Positions 1 through 6,489 of a DNA stretch of 24,966 bases are shown here, in pieces. The position numbers and the translations under genes are program-made. This stretch comes from Akkermansia sp. (lineage in GTDB: Bacteria > Verrucomicrobiota > Verrucomicrobiia > Limisphaerales > SIBH01). Where the stretch lies: NCBI GenBank assembly GCA_043758205.1, contig JAYVNY010000153.1, positions 1 to 24,966 of the forward strand, written 5' to 3'. The notes under the pieces are model-generated. The model did not search any database, was not told the DNA's origin, and was given only the letters and a program-made list of their open reading frames with translations. Each line of letters opens with the position of its first letter. The first letter of the stretch is position 1.

Positions 1-2
1 TG

Positions 3-839
3 CTCGAAGGCGTGCCGGGACTGGCGAAGACGGCGTGCGTCAGCGCGCTCGCCCAGTGCATTCACACGAAGTTTCAACGCATCCAGTTCACGCCCGATCT
101 GCTGCCGAGCGATCTGCTGGGCAACCTGATTTACAATCCGCGTGAGGGAACTTACTCGACGAAGAAGGGTCCCATTTTTGCCAACCTGATTCTCGCCGAC
201 GAAATCAATCGCGCGCCGGCCAAGGTGCAGAGCGCGCTGCTCGAAGCGATGCAGGAGCGGCAGGTCACCATCGGCGAGGAAACATTTCCGCTGCCCAAGC
301 CGTTCCTCGTGCTGGCGACGCAGAATCCCATCGAACAGGAGGGGACCTACTCGCTGCCCGAGGCGCAGGTGGACCGCTTCATGTTGAAGGTCGTGGTCGG
401 CTATCCGAGCGAGGCCGAGGAGAAACAAATCATGCACATGATGGCGAAGACCAGCGCGCGCGAGCCGCTCAAGCCCATCATTCAGCCGGAGAAAATTCTG
501 GAGATGCGCCAACTCGTGGATCAGGTGCATGTGGATGATCAGATTTCCGACTACATCATCAAGCTGGTGTTCGCGACGCGCGAACCGGCCCGGCTCGCGC
601 CTGCGCTCGTCGGCAAGATTCGTTTCGGCGGCTCGCCGCGCGCCACGATCAACCTCACGCTCGCGGCCAAGGCGGCAGCCTTCCTTGGCGGGCGCGGTTA
701 CGTCACGCCGCAGGATGTGAAGAGCATCGCGCCCGATGTGCTGCGCCACCGCATTATCACCACCTTCGAGGCCGAGGCGGATGAGGTGACGAGCGAATTG
801 CTGGTGAAGCAGTTGCTCGACACGATTGCGGTGCCGTGA
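3..839 (+). CDS. MoxR-family AAA+ ATPase, 5' end cut by window edge
   Basis: The frame is open from base 3. LEGVPGLAKT is the Walker A P-loop and ILADEINRA is the Walker B. LATQNPIEQEGTYSLPEAQVDRF and GGSPRATINL are blocks typical of MoxR-type ATPases. Stop TGA at 837-839. It heads a DUF58/vWA gene string, as in MoxR/Bat operons. Confidence 0.93.
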   Translation, partial: LEGVPGLAKTACVSALAQCIHTKFQRIQFTPDLLPSDLLGNLIYNPREGTYSTKKGPIFANLILADEINRAPAKVQSALLEAMQERQVTIGEETFPLPKPFLVLATQNPIEQEGTYSLPEAQVDRFMLKVVVGYPSEAEEKQIMHMMAKTSAREPLKPIIQPEKILEMRQLVDQVHVDDQISDYIIKLVFATREPARLAPALVGKIRFGGSPRATINLTLAAKAAAFLGGRGYVTPQDVKSIAPDVLRHRIITTFEAEADEVTSELLVKQLLDTIAVP

Positions 840-861
840 GCGCAAGACACAAAAACTGTTA

Positions 862-950
862 AACCACGAAGACACAAAGGACACGAAGATGGATGAAGCA
901 AAGCACGCCACTCCTTTTCCCAGCTTTGTGTCCTTTGTGTCTTCGTGGTT
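862..950. repeat. Intercistronic stem-loop: 23-bp perfect inverted repeat, extendable to 27 bp with one G-U pair
   Basis: aaccacgaagacacaaaggacac (862-884) is the exact reverse complement of gtgtcctttgtgtcttcgtggtt (928-950). Pairing continues 885-888 with 924-927, leaving a 35-nt loop. The arms contain 9-mer tandem units gacacaaag/gacacgaag. The element ends 6 nt before the ATG at 957. Confidence 0.9.
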
Positions 951-956
951 AAAACC

Positions 957-1838
957 ATGATCCCCAAAGAGTGGCTCAAAAAAATCCGGCACATCGAGAT
1001 GCGCACGGTGCGGCTCGTCGAGGATCTCATGGCCGGTCAGTATCACTCCGTCTTCAAGGGACGTGGGATGGACTTCGACGAAGTGCGCCTCTACCAAGCT
1101 GGCGATGAAGTGCGCCGCATTGATTGGAACGTGACCGCGCGCACCGGCGAGACGCACATCAAGAAGTACGTCGAGGAACGCGAGATGACAGTGCTGTTGC
1201 TCGTGGACGCCAGCGCGTCGGGCGGCACCGGCTCGGTGAACCAGAGCAAACGCGAACTCGCGGCGGAACTGGCGGCGGTGCTGGCGTTCAGCGCGGTGCG
1301 GAACAATGATCGCGTGGGTCTCCTGCTCTTCACGGAGAAGACCGAAAAATACGTGCGGCCATCCAAGGGCCGCCAGCACGTGCTCCGCATTATCAGCGAG
1401 ATTCTCACGCATGAGCCGAAGCATCAGGGGACAAATCTCTCTGCCGCGCTCAATCACGTCAGCCACGCACTCTCGCGCCGCGCGGTGATCTTCGTCATCT
1501 CTGATTTCATGGACAAAGAGTTCGAGCGCGCGCTCAAGGTCGTCGGTCGCAAGCACGACCTCATCGCCGTGCCCGTGGTGGATGCCAGCGAGCGCGAGTT
1601 GCCGGACGTGGGCTGGATCGCTTTCGAGGATGCCGAGACGGGCGAAGTGCTGGAGATCAACACTGCTGATCCGGAGGCGCGCAAACTGTTCGCGACCGGC
1701 GCGCAGACGCGGCTGACGGGCTTGCGCCGCCTGTTCACCAAAGCCGGACTCGACACCATCGAGGTGCAGACCGATCAGCCCTACCTCAAGGCGCTGACCA
1801 AGTTTTTTGAAACGCGCTACCACCGGCTGCATCCGTGA
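957..1838 (+). CDS. DUF58 family protein (vWA-like partner of MoxR)
   Basis: MIPKEWLKKIRHIEMRTVRLV...GQYHSVFKGRGMDFDEVRLYQAGDEVRRIDWNVTAR is the hallmark DUF58 N-terminal block. LLLVDASASG is a MIDAS-like DxSxS. The ATG at 957 is preferred over the GTG at 945, which lies inside the hairpin arm. Confidence 0.88.
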   Translation: MIPKEWLKKIRHIEMRTVRLVEDLMAGQYHSVFKGRGMDFDEVRLYQAGDEVRRIDWNVTARTGETHIKKYVEEREMTVLLLVDASASGGTGSVNQSKRELAAELAAVLAFSAVRNNDRVGLLLFTEKTEKYVRPSKGRQHVLRIISEILTHEPKHQGTNLSAALNHVSHALSRRAVIFVISDFMDKEFERALKVVGRKHDLIAVPVVDASERELPDVGWIAFEDAETGEVLEINTADPEARKLFATGAQTRLTGLRRLFTKAGLDTIEVQTDQPYLKALTKFFETRYHRLHP

Positions 1839-2383
1839 ACACCGCCACAAACATCATTGACGACCTGCGGTTCCTGGAGCCGTGGCAAGCGCCGCCGGCG
1901 TGGGTCTGGGTGGTGTTGGCTGCACTGGTCTTGGGAGTCGTGATGCTTATCCAGCGTCGCAACGCCGCCCGCCGGGCGGCTCAAGGCGCGCAAGTCGCCG
2001 CGCACGCGCACGAGGACGCGTTGGCGGAACTTGAGAAGGCCCGCGCGCTGATGTCGTCGGAGAATTCGCGGCCCTACGGCATCGCGGTCTCGGGAATCGT
2101 GCGTCACTACATCGAGCGTCGGTTCAGCATCGTGGCCCCGCGCCGTTCCACGGAGGAGTTTCTCATCGAGGCCGCTGCTTCCGCGAAACTGGAGCCGGCG
2201 CACCGCCAGTTGCTCGCGGAGTTTCTCGGCTCCTGTGACTTTCTGAAGTTCGCCCGCGCCCGTGCTGAGTTGGCCGAGTTGGAAGGGCAACATCAGGCGG
2301 CGGTGCGCTTCGTGACCGAGACGCGCGTTGTTTCGGTGAAGGCGGAAGGCGGAACATTACAACCTTCGAGGAGGGGTGAGTGA
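1835..2383 (+). CDS. DUF4381-like small membrane protein of Bat/MoxR operons
   Basis: The GTG start overlaps the DUF58 stop (GTGA). There is one N-terminal TM segment (PPAWVWVVLAALVLGVVML) followed by RR. The C-terminal LLAEFLGSCDFLKFARA motif is typical of DUF4381. Its position between DUF58 and BatA is the conserved one. Confidence 0.72.
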   Translation: MNTATNIIDDLRFLEPWQAPPAWVWVVLAALVLGVVMLIQRRNAARRAAQGAQVAAHAHEDALAELEKARALMSSENSRPYGIAVSGIVRHYIERRFSIVAPRRSTEEFLIEAAASAKLEPAHRQLLAEFLGSCDFLKFARARAELAELEGQHQAAVRFVTETRVVSVKAEGGTLQPSRRGE

Positions 2384-2404
2384 TGGAACGTATCGCATCG
2401 CCTT

Positions 2405-2541
2405 CCCCCTCACCCCAGCCCTCTCCCCAGGGGAGAGGGAGCCACCGCATCCAGTCTTTAGAGCAGGCGTGGCGTCCCGATTTGTCGTGGCGCGGAAGGC
2501 CGCTCTCCCTCTCCCGGCGGGAGAGGGCCGGGGTGAGGGGG
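2405..2541. repeat. Composite GC-rich palindromic element: two inverted 35-nt hairpin modules around a 67-nt spacer
   Basis: Module A (2405-2439) is ccccctcaccccagccctctccccaggggagaggg. Module B (2507-2541) is ccctctcccggcgggagagggccggggtgaggggg. Apart from one mismatch and the short loop region, the reverse complement of B matches A. Each module has its own ccctctccc/gggagaggg hairpin. The outer 12 nt (2405-2416 and 2530-2541) are perfectly complementary. The element translates to the repeat-derived peptide LTPALSPGERE in the raw ORFs. Confidence 0.88.
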
Positions 2542-2603
2542 AACAGCACGTCCGTCTGTCCACATGTATTGATACCGGGGACCATCCAACCAGAGGTGCG
2601 CTC

Positions 2604-3584
2604 GTGAACTGGTCCGATCTCCAGCCGTTGCTGAAAACCTTTCGCTTCGCCGCGCCGTGGCTGCTGTTGCTGCTGCTGCTCATTCCGCTGTGGGCGTGGT
2701 TGCGGGGGCGGTTCGCGCCGGTGGCGGCGGTGTCGTTTTCTTCGGGCGAACTGTTGCGCGCGGCCGCACAGCAGGCGCGGTTTCGGCGCAAGTCGTGGCT
2801 GGCTGCGTTCCGTTATCTCGCGCTCGCGTTGCTGCTGCTCGCGTTGGCGCGGCCCCAAGTCGAGAAGGGCTTGGGTGACGAAGATGCGAAGGGCATCAAC
2901 ATCATGCTCGTCATGGATTTCTCCGGCACCATGAAGACGAAGGACTTCATGATGGAGAACAAAAAGGTGTCGCGCTCGGACGCGCTCATCAAAGTCATAA
3001 GCGAGTTTCTGCGTGCGCGGCCCAAGGACAAAATTGGCGCGGTGCGCTTCGACATGGACGCTTTTCTCATCAGCCCGCTGACGCTGGACCACGACTGGAT
3101 GATAGCGCGGCTCAAGGACGAGAAGCCCGGTCGCGGGACGGCACCCGGTTCCGGTTTGCTCATCGCGGCGGAGCATCTTCTGCCGGCGACGAATCAGACC
3201 AAGGTCATCATCCTCATCAGCGATGCGGAGCAGGTGAATGCCGGCCCGCCGCCGAAGGACGTGGCGAAGGAACTCGCGAAGCTCGGCATCAAGGTGCATC
3301 TAATTCAGGTCGTGGACTTCAAGGACATGGGCATGCTGCGTCAGGATCGCGAGAACGAGATGGTGCAGGTGCCGAAGCTCACGGGCGGCCAGTCGTTTCA
3401 AGTCGCGGACTTCGCCGGACTGCGCAGCGTGTATCAGCAGATCGACAAGCTGGAGAAGGCGCATTTCACCGAGGGCAAGCAGAAGAGCTACCGCGAGCTG
3501 ATGGCGTGGTTTGCCGTGCCTGCGCTCGCGCTGTTGCTGTTGGAACTGCTCTTGCGCCAGACCGTGTGGAGGCGGCTGCCATGA
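2604..3584 (+). CDS. batA: BatA-like vWA-domain membrane protein
   Basis: Probable start is the GTG at 2604, preceded by gaggtg at 2593-2598. The N-terminus FAAPWLLLLLLLIPLWAWLR and a second TM ending LALARPQ are classic BatA features. vWA MIDAS is MLVMDFSGTM. A C-terminal TM is present. The ORF-track start at 2376 runs through the repeat element and is rejected. Confidence 0.85.
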   Translation: MNWSDLQPLLKTFRFAAPWLLLLLLLIPLWAWLRGRFAPVAAVSFSSGELLRAAAQQARFRRKSWLAAFRYLALALLLLALARPQVEKGLGDEDAKGINIMLVMDFSGTMKTKDFMMENKKVSRSDALIKVISEFLRARPKDKIGAVRFDMDAFLISPLTLDHDWMIARLKDEKPGRGTAPGSGLLIAAEHLLPATNQTKVIILISDAEQVNAGPPPKDVAKELAKLGIKVHLIQVVDFKDMGMLRQDRENEMVQVPKLTGGQSFQVADFAGLRSVYQQIDKLEKAHFTEGKQKSYRELMAWFAVPALALLLLELLLRQTVWRRLP

Positions 3585-3586
3585 GG

Positions 3587-3675
3587 CGAATGTCGAATGT
3601 CGAATGTCGAATGTCGAAACCGCTTGGGGTTCTGGCATTCACCCGCCATTCGTCATTCGTCATTCGTCATTTCAT
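3587..3675. repeat. Complementary tandem-heptamer hairpin element
   Basis: (cgaatgt)x4 plus cgaa occupies 3587-3618. (cattcgt)x3 occupies 3647-3667, with degenerate copies at 3636-3642 and 3668-3675. cgaatg and cattcg are reverse complements, so the arms pair in 6-bp blocks separated by one T-T mismatch per heptad. The element fills the 97-nt BatA-BatB gap. Confidence 0.88.
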
Positions 3676-3681
3676 CCTCTC

Positions 3682-4725
3682 ATGAAATTCGCCGTCATCT
3701 ACTGGCTCATCGCCCTCGCCGTGCTGGTGCCAGCGTGTGTGCTCATCATCCGTTGGGGCGCGCGCCGCAAGCGGACCATGCTCGACCGCGTAATCGCGGC
3801 GCGGTTGCGTGAGCAGTTGTTGCGTTCGGTGGATTACGGCAAACGAAAATTCAAGACCGCGCTGTGGCTCTTCGCCGTCGTGGCGCTGCTCGTGAGTCTG
3901 GCGCGTCCGCTGTTCGGTCATCGCGAGATCAAGGTCGAGCGGCCCGGAGTGGACTTGATGATCGCGCTCGATATTTCCAAAAGCATGTTGGCCGAGGACA
4001 TGGGCAAATCGAACCGCCTCCACGCCGCGAAGTCCGCCATCCTGCGCCTGATCGACCGGCCCTCGGGCGATCGCGTCGGGCTGATCGCGTTCGCGGGCGA
4101 GGCGGCGCTCATCGCTCCGGTCACGCAGGATCATCAGGCGATTGTGCGTTCCGTCGAAGCTCTGACCACGACGGCGATTTCCAAGCCGGGCAGCGACATT
4201 GCCGCCGCGCTCAAGCTGGCCGTGCAATCCTTCGATCCCAAACAGCAGTCGGGCAAGGCCATCGTGGTGATCACTGACGGTGAGGAATTGCAGGGCGACG
4301 CCATTGTCGCCGCGCGCGAAGTGGCGACGAAGGGTATTTCAATTTTCACCGTCGGCGTCGGCTCGACGACCGGCGCGCGCATCGCGGACCGAACTTCGCC
4401 GCGCAATAATGACCGTCCGCAGTTTGACGTGAAGTATGCGAAGAACGAGTTCGGACAGGAAGTGGTGTCGCGGTTGAACGAGCGCGTCCTGCAGCAGGTC
4501 GCGGTGTCCGGGCGCGGATTTTACGTCGCGCTGGGCGAGGAAGGGCAGGGATTGCTGACCATCAGCGAACGCGGTCTGGCTCCGCTGGCGCGCGGCACGG
4601 AGGTTCGGCAGTCGAAGGAGTTGCGGGAGTTCTTTCAGATTCCGCTGGGCCTGTGCGTCGTATTGCTGCTTGGGGAAATGCTTGTGAATGAACGCCGAAA
4701 AGGTCAGAAAGTGAACACGGTATGA
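3682..4725 (+). CDS. batB: BatB-like vWA-domain membrane protein
   Basis: The ATG at 3682 gives MKFAVIYWLIALAVLVPACVLI (TM) followed by RRKR. A second TM ends SLARPLFG. vWA MIDAS is MIALDISKSM. Other blocks are VGLIAFAGEA and ITDGEE, and there is a C-terminal TM. The upstream part of ORF 3511 is repeat-derived. Confidence 0.85.
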   Translation: MKFAVIYWLIALAVLVPACVLIIRWGARRKRTMLDRVIAARLREQLLRSVDYGKRKFKTALWLFAVVALLVSLARPLFGHREIKVERPGVDLMIALDISKSMLAEDMGKSNRLHAAKSAILRLIDRPSGDRVGLIAFAGEAALIAPVTQDHQAIVRSVEALTTTAISKPGSDIAAALKLAVQSFDPKQQSGKAIVVITDGEELQGDAIVAAREVATKGISIFTVGVGSTTGARIADRTSPRNNDRPQFDVKYAKNEFGQEVVSRLNERVLQQVAVSGRGFYVALGEEGQGLLTISERGLAPLARGTEVRQSKELREFFQIPLGLCVVLLLGEMLVNERRKGQKVNTV

Positions 4726-6431
4726 AAAAAGAAATCCGAAATCCGATGGCCGAAATCCGAAAGGAATCCGAAGGCCGAAGCCCGAAGCGCGAGCCTGGCG
4801 CAAGGCCTCTTGACTCGGAGTTCGGAGTTCGGAGTTCTTTCGGGCCTCGGATTTCGAGCTTCGGATTTCGCATCGCCGCCGCGCTGCTCCTGAGCGCCCT
4901 GCCCGCTCTCGCCGACTTGCATGAGGCGAAGGAATTGATGAAGCAGAACCAGCCAGCCAAGGCCGGCGAAGTCTTGCGCCAGTTGCAGACGCAGCAACCG
5001 ACTGATCCGTGGCTCGCCTACAACGCCGGTGTCGCCGCCTACGCCGCCAAGGATTACCCGCAGGCCGACAAAATCTGGCAGGAACTCGCGGCCCGACCGT
5101 TGCCGAACAAGTTGCGCGACCAAGTCTGGACGCAGATCGGCAACGTCTCCTTCCGACTCGGCGAGCCGCTCGAAACGTCCGCGCCGGACCAGGCACTGAC
5201 GCAATGGGAGCAGAGCCGCGAAGCGTATCGCGTGTCCCTCGTCGCGCAGCCCAAGGACAAGGTGGTGGCGAACAATCTGAGCGTGGTGGAGCAAAGGCTG
5301 GCGAAGCTGCACGCTCAACTCGCCAAGAAATTGGTGCAGGAGACGCAGAAGGAACGCTCGAACCAGAAGGCGATTGAGAAGCTCGAAGCCGCGCTCGATC
5401 ACCAGCGCACGGCGCAAAACCTTGCGCCCAAGGACGAGGAGATTAAGCAGGACCAGAAAAAAATCGAACAGGCGCTGGCGGACAAATACACGAAGAAGGC
5501 AACCGAGGAAGAAAAGCGGGCCGACAACGCTCTCGAAAACAAGAACGCGAACACCTGGCAGCAGAAGGAGGCGGAGAAGAATTTGACCGCCGCGCTCACG
5601 GATTTTGCGCAGGCCAAAACACTCGACGAGAAGAATCAGGACGCCAAGGACGGCGAGCCGCGCGTGCAGGACAAGCTGGCCAAGCTGCTCACGCAACAGG
5701 GCGAGAAGCTGCACGAGGAAGCGAACAAGGAAGCTGACCGCCAGCCCGAGCAGGCCATCGCGAAGCTGGAGAAGGCGTTGGATAAGTTCGACGAGTCTTT
5801 GAACCTCAAGGCGGATCAGCCGGAGGCGAAGCAGGAGCAGGCGGAGACGAAGGGCGATTTGGAGAAACTTCTGGAAAAGCAGGGCGACAAGCTGGCCGAG
5901 CAGGGCGAGAAGAACGCCGAGAAACGTCAGGCTCAAGCCGCCGAGGAAAAGATGTCCGCGCTCGCGCACTATCAGGAGGCGCAGGCGTTGAATCCCGAGA
6001 ACGCAGGCTTGCCGCCGAAGATTGCCGCGCTGGAGAAAGGTTTGCCGGAATTGCTCAACGCCCTCGGCGAACGCGAGCAGCAGCGCGCCGCGCAGGCCGA
6101 GGCGAAATCCACCGAGCAGGCCGTGGGACATTTGGAACGCGCGGCAACGGCCTACCAGATGGCGCAGGAAATCACACCCGATAATCAGCAGGCCCAGCAA
6201 GAAGGTGAAAAGGTGCAGAGCAAGCTGGAACAACTCCGCGCCCAACTCGCCGCGCAACAGGCCCAGCAGGCCCAGAAGCAGAAGTCCGACAAAGACCAGC
6301 CCGGCCCGAGCTTCCAGCAGATGCTCGCCAAGGCTAAATCCGACGAGAAGCAGAAGCAGTATGAGCAGGCTCGCCGCCAGCCGACGGAGAAATACACGCC
6401 GGAGCAAAACCGGATCTTCAAGAATTGGTGA
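4722..6431 (+). CDS. TPR / coiled-coil protein (BatC-like position), start uncertain
   Basis: The ATG at 4722 overlaps the BatB stop (ATGA). A signal-peptide-like segment FGFRIAAALLLSALPALA/D sits at residues 47-64. A TPR-like N-domain follows (DPWLAYNAGVAAYAAKDYPQADKIWQELA). After that come about 430 aa of K/E/Q/A-rich sequence with about five degenerate repeats of the form A(I/V)xxLExA...A..L.P. The first ~50 codons are the heptad palindrome. Confidence 0.7.
   Translation: MKKEIRNPMAEIRKESEGRSPKREPGARPLDSEFGVRSSFGPRISSFGFRIAAALLLSALPALADLHEAKELMKQNQPAKAGEVLRQLQTQQPTDPWLAYNAGVAAYAAKDYPQADKIWQELAARPLPNKLRDQVWTQIGNVSFRLGEPLETSAPDQALTQWEQSREAYRVSLVAQPKDKVVANNLSVVEQRLAKLHAQLAKKLVQETQKERSNQKAIEKLEAALDHQRTAQNLAPKDEEIKQDQKKIEQALADKYTKKATEEEKRADNALENKNANTWQQKEAEKNLTAALTDFAQAKTLDEKNQDAKDGEPRVQDKLAKLLTQQGEKLHEEANKEADRQPEQAIAKLEKALDKFDESLNLKADQPEAKQEQAETKGDLEKLLEKQGDKLAEQGEKNAEKRQAQAAEEKMSALAHYQEAQALNPENAGLPPKIAALEKGLPELLNALGEREQQRAAQAEAKSTEQAVGHLERAATAYQMAQEITPDNQQAQQEGEKVQSKLEQLRAQLAAQQAQQAQKQKSDKDQPGPSFQQMLAKAKSDEKQKQYEQARRQPTEKYTPEQNRIFKNW
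4731..4870. repeat. Long imperfect palindrome built from CCGAA / TTCGG heptads
   Basis: The left arm holds gaaatccga at 4731-4739 and 4738-4746, cgaaatccga at 4751-4760, and ccgaagg/ccgaagc/ccgaag at 4768-4787. The right arm holds (tcggagt)x3 at 4815-4835 and tcggatttcg at 4847-4856 and 4861-4870. tcggatttcg is the exact reverse complement of cgaaatccga. Confidence 0.85.
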
Positions 6432-6489
6432 ATACCGCCGCCGCGTTTTCTCAGTTGCAGACTTTTACTCCAGCGGCTCAAATTTTTCC

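Noticed and set aside
2376-2603. N-terminal 76 codons of ORF 2376-3584 (and minus ORFs 2163-3299 and 2357-2791) containing LTPALSPGERE / LPAGEGRGEGE peptides
   Set aside because: These peptides are translations of the inverted GC-rich hairpin modules. The BatA homology starts at the GTG at 2604, which has a gaggtg upstream.
3587-3675. Possible CRISPR array or minisatellite
   Set aside because: The units are only 7 nt, directly abutting with no spacers, and the two arrays are mutually complementary. This is a hairpin-forming repeat, not a CRISPR.
3511-3681. Upstream extension of the BatB ORF (and ORFs 3597-3812, 3300-3638, 3466-3663) with SNVECRMSNVE / IRHSSFVIRHSSF peptides
   Set aside because: It overlaps the 3' end of batA in another frame and then reads through the tandem heptamers. 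A typical BatB N-terminus begins at the ATG at 3682.
4704-6407. 567-aa minus-strand ORF almost exactly mirroring the TPR/coiled-coil gene
   Set aside because: It is the antisense reading of a K/E/Q/A-rich gene (GAG/AAG/CAG codons read as CTC/CTT/CTG), giving a leucine/arginine low-complexity product with no motifs. The plus-strand frame has a signal peptide, a TPR-like head and operon context.
6022-6489. 156-codon upstream extension of the LpxR-like ORF
   Set aside because: It lies in an alternative frame of the preceding coiled-coil gene (R/S/P-rich product). A clean signal peptide begins at the ATG at 6490.
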